Origin: Rhodospirillales bacterium
GTDB lineage: Bacteria; Pseudomonadota; Alphaproteobacteria; Bin95
Reading direction: 5' to 3'
NCBI GenBank assembly: GCA_038143065.1
Contig: JAYQLI010000044.1
Location: 1 to 58,087 of the forward strand
DNA length: 58,087 nt
Part shown: positions 19,755 to 33,460 of the stretch, piece after piece
Position numbering within the stretch: the stretch's first letter is position 1
Layout: each line of letters opens with the position of its first letter
Translations under genes and position numbers: made by a program
The notes under the pieces: model-generated
The model's database searches: none
The model's input: only the letters and a program-made list of their open reading frames with translations
What the model was told of the DNA's origin: nothing

Positions 19755-19763
19755 GGTCTACCC

Positions 19764-21515
19764 TCAAGTCTGAGCTAGAAGGCCCATGATTTGGTCCCAC
19801 ATTTCTTGACCATGCTCGTCCATATATCGATCTGGATACCGAACAATATCCGCATCGACCCTGCAAACTATTCCGTTGCCCAGGACAGCCTCACTTGCTT
19901 CCGACATGCACTCTTTCAGCCTGACGACCTCTGCGTCTATCTGATCCGAAGGCCCCTCAATCAAAAGGGCGTCGTGTATCGGCGCACAGAGTTTAATGCC
20001 GCGTTCCACTGCAAGAATGCACGCAATGCGCATCATTTCTGCACCATGGGCTTGCATCGGCCAATTTAGAAACGTGTTCGCTTTAACATCACCGGATGTT
20101 ACTCGAATTGGCCACCCGAAACAGGTTTCCAGCTTCAGCCCAAGCAATCCACGATCTTTATTGTTTTCCGCCCACGCCCAAAATTTACGATAGGTCTCAC
20201 GATGCTTTTGAAGGAGTACCTTCGCTTCCAGTTCATGGATCTTTGCTGCTTGCGCCACGCCGTATGCACTCATTCCATAATTGGTACCTAAAACAACTGA
20301 TTTGCATCGGTTGCGGATGTCTTTGTGTGTCTCTTTAGTTGCATCTGACGGTGCCAGTCCCGCCTGTATCGCAAATGCGATATACGGATCGCCGCTTTGA
20401 TATGCGGTCCAAAGCAGTTCGTCGCCCGAAAGCGCGGCAGCGATTGCAATTTCTTGTGACGACCAATCGCAATAAGCCAATGCCATTCCCTCTGCGGGCT
20501 TGATTAATCCTCGAACCCATTTTGCTGGCCAAACACAAATTTGGTTGTACTCGGCTGATTGCGGCCCGTCTTTGCAGCAAACGGTGAGAGAATTGTTCGA
20601 TTGCGTCTGTCTTGACCAACCGCAAGCTTATTGAGCTTTAAATTCATCAAGTGTTTTTCGCAGTTCGTGCAAGGGCTGAATGTCGAGATACCTCTTACTC
20701 ATGTTACTGAACGTATCACGATCTAAGGCTAAACGGCCGCTATCTAACCTGGGCCATGGGATCTGCTTGTGTGCTAGGAAGGTCTGAAACAGCGCCTGTT
20801 TGAAAGTCCCATTCACATAGACACCATAGTGTGTATCCACTTTTGCAATCAGTTTTAGTTTTATAGTCGTCCCAGTTCGCATTCAGCGTGTTTAGGAGAT
20901 CTAAATCGATTGGGATGCCACGGTGTTGCATCGCTCCAACGGCTTTCATGTATCGACCGCGGAGTAGGGTTGGTTTAACTGCAACTCGGACCAAGGTGCA
21001 CGCTTCAGCATTGCATTCAACAAAGGGCCAAGCGCGACGACGTCTTGCTCACAATAAGCTAAAATTGCTGAGCGTTGACCCTTGGACCACGGACCACCAG
21101 ACAGGATCAAATCACGCATGCTGTCCTTTTCTTCTGGGATCAAATGGTCCAGCCCGTTGAATTGCAAAGCGCTCACCAGAGATTTCCGACCCACGTTCGG
21201 GTTGCCATTCGTTTGACAACGGAATTCCGCGAACAGATCAATGATAGACACATCAAGATCCCAACCCAGAGCGAGCATGCTTTGCACCTCGGCGGGCGCA
21301 AAATAGCAAACCAATGCAATATCCTCCCCCGTTTCAAACGGAGGAGTTTTCATTTTCTGAAGATCGTCTTGCCAATGTCGGCTTACTTCACCAGATCGAA
21401 GATCTTGGACCACCATACAAACAATGTTTGGAATTTCACCGTCCGATCCAGAGTATTCAAAATCGACCGCATAGAACTTCCGGAACGGTAGGCGTGTAAG
21501 CTCAGTATACGTCAT
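19764..21515 (-). CDS. Family A DNA polymerase (3'-5' exonuclease + polymerase, no 5'-3' nuclease), element-encoded, frameshifted
   Basis: ExoI VDFEY, ExoIII YCEQD, motif A YCDWSSQE, motif B RNRCKSVVLGTNYG, motif C PIHDAL, spread over ORFs 20946-21620, 20740-20994, 20628-20882 and 19764-20486. Confidence 0.88.
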
Positions 21516-22099
21516 TCCAACCCCCAGAGTTTCTGCAGGGCAGGGTGTTCTTGATCCATGATGACATGTGTTGACCCAAATGCGATTGTGAGGATTTCGT
21601 CCATTGTCAGCTCTGGCCAAACTGGCTCAGGATATTCTCCTTCGCTTCTGTCGCTTGATAACACCCCAAGTCTCTATTTGAAGTGAGCCGTATCCAGTTG
21701 TTTTCGGCTAGTTTTTGCTGCGTCACGTTGAGTTTCATTCCAGATGTTATCATTCCCCTCAATAGGTCTGGGAGGAATTGGCCACAGTAACACGTTGCCT
21801 TGTCTATCCATGGTCAGTTTTAACGTGACCATTTTGACATCACTTATAATCATCTGAGCGATTTCCGGTGATACCAAATAAGGTCGATCATCATCTTCTA
21901 GCTTGAGGATGGCGCATTCAAATTGACCAAGCACTTGACTGCAAACCCGGACAAATTGCTGTTTCGAAGGTTTTCTAACTGGAACATGTAGTAACACCTT
22001 TTGTGCGACAGGCAGATCCGAGCTTCCGGAGGGTATTTTAAACTTCGAGAAGTCTAACTTACCCTTTCCATTTTTTGTGCTGTCGTCATTCTTACTCAT
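21512..22099 (-). CDS. Conserved hypothetical protein translationally coupled to the polymerase (candidate ssDNA-binding/accessory protein), frameshifted
   Basis: ATGA overlaps with both alpA and polA. Stitched sequence VPVRKPSKQQFVRV...LLWP...NIWN...WIRLTSNRDLGCY...EPVWPELTMDEILTIAF...HPALQKLWGLE. Confidence 0.65.
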
Positions 22100-22296
22100 G
22101 ACTGGCCATCCATACGCTCTGCGAGCCATCGCTCAATTTCTGCACGGACCCATGCAACGCGGTTAGCACCGATGCGTTTGCGTTTTGGGAATTCGCCCTG
22201 ATCTTCCAAGCGATATAAATGCGCACGACTGTATGGAACACGTGCATCGACCTCTGGTGCGAGCATAAGCTCCGATTGCACAACATGCTGTTTCAT
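22096..22296 (-). CDS. alpA: AlpA-family excisionase/regulator
   Basis: VPYSRAHLYRLEDQGEFPKRKRIGANRVAWVRAEIERW. AAAGGAG RBS. Confidence 0.88.
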   Translation of the reverse strand: MKQHVVQSELMLAPEVDARVPYSRAHLYRLEDQGEFPKRKRIGANRVAWVRAEIERWLAERMDGQS

Positions 22297-22375
22297 TGGA
22301 TGTCTCCTTTTAATTTCCGATAAGAGGAGACTGCATCAGGTCACTTCCTGAACGTGATGCGGGGTGTCCAGGAAA

Positions 22376-23021
22376 TCAGGTAAAATCTTTCAGACGGCGA
22401 TATCCGTGGTGTTTAACCAAATCTTCTATCCCTGGAATGTGGACGCTCAATGGGGATTTGCTTTTCGTTAAATCGAAGTCATGATTTTGATCATGATTAT
22501 CAACCAACTTGGCCAGTTTCTCTTTTGTACCGACACCAATTATAGTTCTAGCATCAGCAATTAGTCGGTTCAGGCGATCTTCTTCATTCTGTGTCCTGTA
22601 ATCCTTCCAAAGCACCAAGGCAGCTGCTCAGATAATACTCTTGAACACATAATTTATTGGCAATTTTTCGTCCACCTAATGTCTTGGCGGTGGGCCCTCC
22701 GTGCAGCGTGTCAACTTGTAATCCAAAAAGATCCAAATTAGCTCGCGCATAGGCTTCGCTCTTATTTCCTTCAAATGCTGCTATGAAGCTTTGGATTGCT
22801 GAATATCTCATCAATACTCCACGATTGTCTTTCTGGGAAAGATTGAGTGACGCGATATCAATTTCTTCCAAAAGATACCGAATTTGTCCTATCTGCGAAG
22901 AGATAACTTGTTCAGAGATTGGTGATTGAGCAGGCTTAGGCCCTTCTGCTTGGCGTATTTTATGCGTTAACTTTAGGCAAAGTACCCCCACTTCGTTGAG
23001 TTTATTTAACGCCTCAGTCAT
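22376..23021 (-). CDS. Hypothetical protein (frameshifted) between integrase and alpA
   Basis: ORFs 22584-23036 and 22376-22618 overlap in different frames. The start overlaps the integrase stop. Confidence 0.5.
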
Positions 23022-24261
23022 TTTGGATTCCCGCATGAATTATTTTCTGTAAGCCTGCAGCCCATTGTTCCATGGCGTCCCGCTTCTGATCCAAATAATC
23101 AAACCGATCATAATAGACGCTGCCGACGTCAACGAGTGCATGGCCTTGCAACCTGTTGCGCATTTCAAGAGAGATGCCCATTGATCCCGGCTAATGTTTT
23201 GAATGTCCGGCGGAGATCGCGCGCTGAGAACGACGGAATGCCGCTTTGCTTTACAAATACAGCTACGGGTTTTGTAAGACTATCGTACCGACGAGGGCCA
23301 TCTGTGCCTCGTGCAGGAAACAAGAACTGTGGATCATGGGTTGTGGATCTTATTTCGTCCAGTATTTGGATATGTAAGTCAGTTAAAGCAACCAGATGCG
23401 GCTCAGATGTTTTTCCTCGGGTCTTTCTGCGTTCGCCAGGAATTGTCCAAAGTCTTTTTCAAAATCAAATTCGTCCCATGTCGCATGAAGAACTTCTTCC
23501 ACTCGTTGACCGCTGGCCAATATGAATTTTAGCGCAAGGTGCATCTGAGGCGACAGTAATTTCGTGTTCCATAGTTCTCTGACTTCGGTCTCTGATAAGG
23601 CCCGCTGACCTTTGGGTTTCCGGGCAAGTGTTCGCTTGATGGTAGCAACGGGATTGTGTTCGATAGAAAATTTGGGCGCTTTTCCGCGCCAGCGGGTCAT
23701 CGATTGTGCGTGGATGCCAAGTTCGAACGCTGCGCGTAAATACGCACGCACATTATCTGAGTGCACCTTGGCTCCTCGCTGTGCAATCGCTGCGAGGATA
23801 TCAAAATATCATCTCTGGAAACGAGATGAGCCGGGCGCGAGGAGATATGACGGAATATCCTTGCCTTTGATACGCTTAACCTCTTTCGCCGTGCGCTTCC
23901 CATCTTTCAGAAGGTCGGCAATGTACAAATCTAGTAAGTCTCCTAGGGTGCCCAGGGACCGTTGTTCGATATTATGTGCGATTGCCTGTTGTTTTTCTCG
24001 GGCAAGATCAACGCCGTTATCAATCCGTCCACGATACTCCAATGCTAGCCTTCTAGCATCAGCGAGTTTAATGCTTGGATATCTTCCCAGGCTGACTTGT
24101 TTCCGCTTCCCGTCTTCTGGACTTGTGAACGCTAAGAAGAAACTCTTTGCGCCTGAAGGTGCGATTGTCACGCCAAATCCGCGGACGACAGAATGAGTAT
24201 CCCGCAGGCGATAAACAGTATTTTTAGGCTTTGCGTCTCGAATTTGTTTGTCTGTCAGCAT
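23014..24261 (-). CDS. int: Tyrosine integrase with N-terminal Arm DNA-binding domain (P4-like), frameshifted
   Basis: MLTDKQIRDAKP, GAKSF, LGRYPSIKLADAR (Arm domain). SGQRVEE, RDLRRTF, QGH and YYDRFDY catalytic boxes. Confidence 0.9.
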
Positions 24262-24410
24262 TATTGCCGCTTTATTGCTACGTTATGAATGATACTTGAG
24301 GATATCTCATGAAGTCTCATCAAGCAATTTAAAATCAATAAAAACGCTAAAATATCATTAAAAAAGAAATTTATGAGACATTATGCGATATGGTGCTATA
24401 TTATTACCAC
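24261..24410. repeat. Candidate integrase arm-type sites
   Basis: TTATTGCCGC (24261), TTATTGCTAC (24272), TTATTACCAC (24401). Also tandem TCTCAT (24305, 24315), inverted relative to ATGAGA/ATGCGA (24373, 24383). Confidence 0.4.
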
Positions 24411-24414
24411 CTCA

Positions 24415-25916
<1,502 letters not shown>

Positions 25917-25930
25917 TAGCCTCGAGCTTA

Positions 25931-26182
25931 TTAATGGATCAGAAACCTTCTTTCGGCGCTGAAGATTGGCTTTGAAGTTTGTAAAGGCTTTGAGTGTTTG
26001 AGCATAATTTTGATTTTCTGAGCTCTTTTTTTTACCTCGGCTTCGTACTCAAGTGATATAGCGAGGCGCCTTAGTTCAAGTCGATGTCTGATCTGTAGAT
26101 TGTTATTGCAAGCTGAGGCCAGAATATTTTCTAGTGCTTGAGTGTCATAAATATGAAGTGTCGGTGGGGTGTGGCTTGCCAT
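25931..26182 (-). CDS. Hypothetical protein
   Basis: 83-aa ORF co-oriented with the recombinase. No recognisable motif. Confidence 0.3.
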   Translation of the reverse strand: MASHTPPTLHIYDTQALENILASACNNNLQIRHRLELRRLAISLEYEAEVKKRAQKIKIMLKHSKPLQTSKPIFSAERRFLIH

Positions 26183-26344
26183 AATAACAAACTATAATAT
26201 TAGCAAAAAATTTCGATATCTATTAGCGAGGAATGGAGAGCTGTACTTGAGAGTGGTCTGAGGATACTCTTAAAACCTTTGTTGTTTTACTTCTTGAAAG
26301 TTGATATTTGTATGAAATCTTTAGGTCAAAATTCAGAAGAATAA

Positions 26345-26817
26345 ATGGAAAATGAAATGTTAAACTATGTTAAATTATCCATAGCAATCACTGTAATCGC
26401 TGGGTTATCAGGTTGCACAACAACAAGTGTTGATATTTCCTCTTATGCCCCGGTTATTGATATCTATCAGCATGACATACAGCAATATAATACAGACTTG
26501 TCTCAATGTCGTACTTTGGCGTTTCAGGCTCAAAAAAATACCAAATACAGAGAGAAAAAGAACAATCTGAAATGGTAGCCTCTATGATTGTTGGCGCCGC
26601 AATTGGCGCTGCAATCGGTAATAGCCTAGATTCTAATGATGATAGTGGTACTACAATTGGTGCAATTTATGGCGCTGGGGTGGGAGCATCTGTGCAAGCC
26701 GAAAGTAACGCATATGACCGCCTCATGGTTAAGTTTGGTCCAACGGCTGTGGTGGACCGATGCATGATTAATAGAGGATATACAGTCTTATCCACAGAAG
26801 GATTGGGTGGTGGCTGA
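26345..26817 (+). CDS. Lipoprotein with glycine-zipper motif (frameshifted)
   Basis: Lipobox LSGC, DLSQCR, GAAIGAAIG...GAIYGAGVG, VDRCM.NRGY.VL. Confidence 0.75.
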
Positions 26818-26897
26818 TTTGGCATAATAAGTTTGAAAAAAAACTGATATTAAACCCTAATGTTTAAACCAATTTTATCGGGGTAAGAGTTGTATTC

Positions 26898-27311
26898 ATG
26901 CGTTATATAAAATCAACACTTCCGACAAATGAGGAGATCGTCAAAGAAATTAAGTTTCACTGGAGCCACGGCTTCATATCTTGGTTATATTTGATTTTCT
27001 TGGGTATGTTTTTAATTGGAGTTTACTTGTTCTTAAGATCTCTTATTGAACGATATTCTACCGAGCGCGCAATCACAGAACATAGAATTATAATCAAAAC
27101 AGGCTTAATTCGGAGAAGCACAGAAGAGATACGCCTGGATAGAATCGAGGAAATAAATCTAAATCAAAGCATTTTAGGGCGTCTAATTGGCACGGGTGAA
27201 TTGCTTATCACTGGCACCGGTGGCAGTGAGCTTCACATGAAATGGCTTAGTGATCCCATTGAAGTTCAAAAGGCGATAAATGCTTACCGCATGGTTGATT
27301 TGGGCTCTTAA
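26898..27311 (+). CDS. Membrane protein with bacterial PH (bPH_2) domain
   Basis: TM segment, then AITEHRIIIKTGLIRR..EEIRL..IE.I...QSILGR..G.G. Confidence 0.8.
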   Translation: MRYIKSTLPTNEEIVKEIKFHWSHGFISWLYLIFLGMFLIGVYLFLRSLIERYSTERAITEHRIIIKTGLIRRSTEEIRLDRIEEINLNQSILGRLIGTGELLITGTGGSELHMKWLSDPIEVQKAINAYRMVDLGS

Positions 27312-27341
27312 ATTTTATAAATAGCTTGTAAGTTACGGTAT

Positions 27342-28078
27342 CTAATTCTCTGCCAGCTCTTTCGTGAAATTTGCGGCTATAATTCCGGCTGGCATAGCAA
27401 CAATTCCAATACCCAATATAGCAATAGCACTAGCCAAGAGTTTTCCAATTGCAGTAACCGGATAGGCATCGCCATATCCGACAGTAGTGAGTGTAGCCAT
27501 AGACCACCACATTGCTCTTGGAATGCTGCCAAAAGTTTCGGGCTGAGCGTCTGATTCAACTAGGTATAAAGCACTCCGCCAACAAACAGCAAAAATAAGG
27601 TGACTATTAAAGAAGCTGCTAGCTGACTGCGGGACTTATAAAAAGCCTCAATAAAGATCATCAAAGGTCTATTAGATTTGACCAATTTTGCAACTCTAAA
27701 CATACGCAGAAGTCGGATGGCACGGAAAAGCATTAAGTCTGAATAAAGTCCAGCGACTAGGCTAGGGAGTATAGCAACCAAATCTATGATAGCATAAGGT
27801 GTAAAAATATAACGCACCCTGCCTTTCAAACCTTTATATTCATTAATTGCTCCAACGAAATATAGTCTCGCGATATATTCAATACTAAAAATTATGATAA
27901 ATATCATTTCAAGGTAAGAAAATAAATTTTGCCAGTCTTTGTAGAGTGTTGGCTCTGTCTCAAGAACTAGAGTAACAATAGAAAATATAATGATAGCCAT
28001 TATTAACTTTTCAAGAAAAGTTGCCTGATGGTCGTCAGTGGACAGCAACGAAATTTGAAGATACTCACGAACAGTCAT
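27342..28078 (-). CDS. Voltage-gated-type potassium channel (6TM ion transporter), one frameshift
   Basis: S4 FRAIRLLRMFRVAK. Pore FGSIPRAMWWSMATLTTVGYGDAYP read in a shifted frame. Confidence 0.9.
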
Positions 28079-28099
28079 TATATTACCTTGTGAAATGAT

Positions 28100-30033
28100 A
28101 TGTTAAAATATTTGCTCAGACCTTTAATTTGCCTCAACAAATATAAGCTGAAGTTTGTTAAGATCTCTTGGTAACTGGGCGTATGCCCCCTAGGTTAAGA
28201 TGCGTCGCAAAACCAGCATCCGCTTCATATCTCCACCCAATTAAAATACGTTGTGTTTCGAGCATCGCAGCGCCCCAGATTCCAAAGCTAGCTCCCTGAA
28301 GAGATGAGGGCAGGTCTGTTTCAATAATACGAATGTGGTAATTTGGTGCACAAATGAGATTATCGATAACGGTTTGCAAGTGAGGGTTTTCAATGAATTG
28401 CGCAAAAACTTTGCTGCTGATTTTCTCACTTACGACAAAATCTGAGTTCGCGCCTGCTGAAGTAATATCTTTATTCTTGCCAACTAGCATTTCGGTAACC
28501 AGATGAGGAGAGGTATTTTCCGCTTTAAAAATCTCCCGCAGAACAATCATGGCCCTAATTGTTTCTATGTCTTCTGCTCCAACATCATAGCTTGCGGTAT
28601 GCGTTACGATGATAGTATCAAATTCCCAACAATCCAGCCCATGAATGGCCTGCTTATCATCAGTCTTGCCTGTTATGACTTCAATTTTCTTATTATTACG
28701 ATTTTTTAATAAAGTGGCCATCGCTTGTCCAGCGGCAGTCTCAGGCAAAACAGCTTAAGTGTTTTAAGTTCCGGTAAGTTGTTTATTATCTGATCAACCA
28801 GATATTCATGTTCTTGTGATAATCCAATTATCAAAATTTTATTGAGAAGTTCACTTGAGTTTATATTTGAGGTTAGCGTTTTTATTTGGCCCGCAGTTTT
28901 TCGCAGTTGCTTTTCTATAAGTTTTTTGTCCCCCTGAGGACGTGGTATAATCGTAGAATCATCTTCAGCAACCACTTACAAGCTTATCATCAGAAGATAA
29001 AATTAGCGATGCAGGTGGTGCTAGGTTTAGATTTCCTGATGATGTAAGAATGCCAACAACGACGCTCTCTTGGAAACTTTGCCATGCAACGTCAAACCGT
29101 TTATTCTCAAGGCCAAATGTTGTAACAGGTTCGGTAATGTAAAATTCATTGCCATCAAAGCTAAGAATTTCTTCATAAATTTCTGGAAGATTTGGTTGCT
29201 CAATAGTTTCAACAACTAATCGTGTTGGAATATTGCTAACGTCAATTGTCACCGCAGACTGGTTTGAACTTCATATTTACGAAATCACCTGCCGAAGCTT
29301 CATCTACATTTACTAAAACATCCGGAAACTTTTTATTTTGCGGCAGGTTAAGGTTTAGATAACGCTGTAACGCTAAATATATTTTTAATCGGTCAGCTTC
29401 TATGAAGGGGCCCTCATCTCCTAAAATAAGAATTTTGCGCGCGTTTAATATATTTACATTTTCAAAACTATGCTGGCTTTGCAAATCGCGACTTCTTAAA
29501 AAGAACTGCGTTGTTTTTGAATCAGAAATGCTATTTGCTGCTGTTTGTGCTAATTTCTCCGCCGGCAAAGAGGATAAAATCATAATGCGTTCTAATGACT
29601 TGCTTTCATTTGCTTTAATTAGTTCTTCAATAATTGGTATCAACCGGGATGAATAGCCAACAATCACGATATGATCAGAATAGGGAAACGGCCTCTTTCC
29701 TTGCGCAACAGCATTTACGCGCGCGTCGATGATTGCAGATAAAAGTGAAATGAGAATCGATAAAACAAATATTCCAAATAACGTAACGGCCAACATCATC
29801 AGTAAATATGATAAAGAGCCCATGCTGGCTTCAATTTCCCATGGTGTAAGTGCCCGGATCATGAAATCCCAAAACAACGCCCCAAATGTCTCGTGCGGCC
29901 CTATTTGAAATATCCAAGTAATATAAGAGGCGGTCAGCACAAAAAGGATTGATATGCCTCCCAGCCAAATAATGAGTGAATTGGCTCCTCGGCTCAAAAG
30001 TTGATTCATTTTGAATTGTATTTTCGCCAACAT
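28100..30033 (-). CDS. CASTOR/POLLUX (DMI1)-like ion channel with two RCK domains, frameshifted
   Basis: TM-pore-TM, then HIVIVGYS...IIEELIKANES, IYEEILSFDGNEFY, HLVTEML and DFVVSEKISSKVFAQFIENP. Confidence 0.75.
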
Positions 30034-30153
30034 AAGTTTGCCGCTTTCAATTTAAATTCCTTTAATTCACTCTATACTTTATTAGAAAGAAGTTGATTTG
30101 CCTATATTTGGTGTCAATTAATTTATGTTAATTATTTTAAAAAGCTAAGATAC

Positions 30154-32674
30154 ATGCTAAACGAACCAGCCCAAAATATTTCTGACCTTTTAAATTTCAC
30201 AGGAAGTTGGCGTAGCTATCAGCAATCTGTACTAGATGAGCTTGACCATTATACGGATGATAGCAAAATCCATATTATTGCAGCACCAGGTGCTGGGAAA
30301 ACAGTCCTTGGGATTGAGCTTGTAAGACGTCTTGGGCATCCAGCATTAGTTTTAACACCGCGGGTAAGTATTCAAAGGCAGTGGATTGAAAGCTGCGCTA
30401 ATTTGTTCTTGGGTGGAAATAAAAATTCTGAATATTTTTCTGCAGATCCTGACAGGCTAAGCTTGTTTTCGGTACTTACCTATCAGTCGTAAAGCGGCTT
30501 TTATCCACTATGAAAAAGGGAAAAGGAAAGGCGGCTGAGACCCCTTTACCTATCACCCTAGTGTTAGATGAATGTCACCATTTGACAGGTGCATGGGCAA
30601 ATGATGTTGTTGCCCTCCAGCAGATTTTTGATGTGCGTTGTATTGTTTCGCTGACAGCAACCCCTCCTTATGAGGTGGATGTGAAGAAATGGGAAAAGTT
30701 TCAAGAGATTTGTGGGAATGTTGATGTTGAAATCTCAGTGCCTGAATTGGTTCAGCATCAAAGCCTTTGCCCCCACCAGGACTTCATTTATGCCAGCCAC
30801 CCAAGTGCTGACGAAGATATTTTATTAACTCAGCTTGCGACGGAACGTGATAATGCTGTTGAGGAAATACTTGCACATGCAGATTTTGACTCTCTACTTG
30901 AATATAATCTCGATCTGTTTGCTAACGCGGATAATGATTTTCTTATTCAACACACACGAAGCTATATTGCTACTCTGGCATTATGTCAGTTGCGGTCCAG
31001 GGATTTGACGGAAAAGATTGAACGAGAGCATGCACATGCCCCGAAACATATGCCACAATTTACAGTCTCCCATCTTGAAACATATCTAAACTACGTTTTT
31101 TCTCAGAAGTCAGTGCCAACAACGTTACGCAATACAGTGTCGTCAATGAAGGAGATATGCATCAAGAAGGGCGTTTTAGACCCTAATGGTGTGCAACTCA
31201 TCACGCCCCGGCAATAACAAAGGTTTTAGAAACAAGCACATCAAAACTTACATCTATCCAAAATATTGTTCTTAGCGAATATCAAGTTCTTAGAGACAGC
31301 CTTAGACAACTTGTCCTACTAGATTTCATCGGCGCAGATGCCCTGCAGGAAGAAAATAATTCGGAAAGCGATGATTCTAATCTAAGTCGGCTTACGGCTG
31401 TTGCTGCATTTTATGCACTGTATCAATGTTTGAAAAAACAAACCTACCAATAGCCATGGTTTCAGGGCAATTGGCTATCATTTCGGACCACTTTGCAGAT
31501 ATTTTAATTGAAGAGGGTGTTTTAGAGCCAAGAACAACAACACCAAAAAAGACGATTGAACCAGAAGAGAAAGCTCAGTTAGAATTTGAAGCCTTTTATA
31601 TTGTCAAAGTGGACAAAAGGGATTCTGGAATCTATGGAGCCGCGATGCACTGAATGGCTCAAGAATGGCGACCTCAAAATATTAGTGGGTACAGGTAGCC
31701 TTTTAGGTGAGGGATGGGACTGCCCGTCTATTAACTCTCTTATATTAGCCTCACAAATTGGCTCATTCGTATCGTCTAATCAAATGCGTGGTCGTGCCAT
31801 CAGAAAATTTAAAAAATCATCCGAACAAGGTCTCAAATATCTGGCATTTGATTACATTAAACACAAATGATGATGTTTCAAACCGTGATTTGAATATCCT
31901 TAAAAGACGGTTTAACACCTTTGTTGGCCCATCTTATCAAGAAGATAAGATTATGAGCGGTATTTCCCGTCTTCAATTAGGTGACGGCGCGCATTTGATA
32001 GGTGAAAAAAACAATACACATGTTTTGGCGTTATCCGCAAAACGGGCGTTAACTTCTGAAAAATGGCAAAAGCAATAGCAGCAGGAACCCAATCAATTTT
32101 GGCCCAAAAAATAGATGTTGAGAGATTGCAAGCACCAAAACGTCTATTAGTAGCAAATCTGTTCAGAGGCAAAGGAGTTTTCTCAAAAATCGTAAATCCT
32201 TTCATCTTCGCAGTGCTAAAGCCGAAAGCCGACAGCCAAACGATATTGGTTCAGCGTGTGGTTAAAAATATTGTGAAAGCTTTATATGAGTGTGGTTTCA
32301 TAAGTACCAAGCCACGAAAATTTAAAATCGTGTTTTCAGACAAAAGATCAATATGCATCACTGGTGGGTTGCAGCGTGAGGTGGCGATTATCACAAACGC
32401 GATAGATGAGTGTTTTACTTTCTCAACAGATACAAGATATGCGTTAGCGTTGAAGGTTCCTTGGAGTGCAAGTTGCTATATATTTGCACCAAAGTTACTT
32501 TCTGATAACAAAAAACGGCTTGAGATATTTTTAAAATATCTAGAGCGCGTATTTGGTCCTCTTGACCCCATTTTTTCAAGGGAAAAATGGAGAAGAACTA
32601 AAGCTCAAGCTTCTTCAAGACCAGGAATTGGGAGCCCCAATAATGAGGTTAATCACGGTCGTGTTTGGTTATAG
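30154..32674 (+). CDS. SF2 DEAD/DEAH-box (ResIII-like) helicase, frameshifted
   Basis: WRSYQ, AAPGAGKT, DECH, LTATP, EGWDCPS, QMRGRAIR. Confidence 0.85.
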
Positions 32675-32726
32675 AGATGCAGGCCATATTATGAAGCTAT
32701 TATATTTTTACTGCCGCTGTGGCGTG

Positions 32727-33284
32727 TTATCTCAGGGTAAACGCACTTGAAGTAGATTGGCAGGAAATTTGGCTTAAAATATCGTTTTCAATAAGGCCCG
32801 TTATTAGAGAAGTTTTAGTATCTTTCAGATCATTAACCTGGGTTGTTATGTCTTTTTTTATGGAAAACTGGAATGAATAAGCAGTAACAGACTGGCTGTC
32901 TTTGAGTGTTTTAATCAGCGTTTCCTGAGCGCGCTTGATGCTTTCGTGTGAAGCAAAATCTAGAGTATTTCCTGTGGTTTCCGATATAGCAGCGGTCTGG
33001 TTATTTGAATTTGTTGCCTTCATCTGCTGCGATTTTCCTAATTCTGAAATTTCACCAACCCGTTTGTTCTTAACGGTTAGCTTCATGTTGGCATCACAAA
33101 CTGCATTGGCCTTATCAAATAAGGTAGCTTTAGTTGCGTCGTCAAAATCTGTTTCCAGACCGCTTAATTCCACAGTTATTACCGTCTTTGAAAAAAGTTT
33201 TAGCACCTTCTCATCTTCGCCACAACCACTTAACAGAGTCATGGTTACAAACAAAAAGGGAAAACCAAATAGCGTTTTTACCAC
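32727..33284 (-). CDS. Hypothetical lipoprotein
   Basis: Signal peptide with LLSGC lipobox. AAGGA RBS. Confidence 0.65.
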   Translation of the reverse strand: MVKTLFGFPFLFVTMTLLSGCGEDEKVLKLFSKTVITVELSGLETDFDDATKATLFDKANAVCDANMKLTVKNKRVGEISELGKSQQMKATNSNNQTAAISETTGNTLDFASHESIKRAQETLIKTLKDSQSVTAYSFQFSIKKDITTQVNDLKDTKTSLITGLIENDILSQISCQSTSSAFTLR

Positions 33285-33460
33285 ATTAACTATCCTTCTT
33301 AATTTAAAAAATATTCATCAGTTTACAGATTAAATACGCTTTTTAGACTTATTTAGTTTATTCTTTAAGAGATTTTGCTAAATTAGTGTGTAGTGTTTTG
33401 ATAATAGAAAAGCTTATAAACCGCGTCTTGTGAAACACTGTAAATATAGGAGCATAGATA

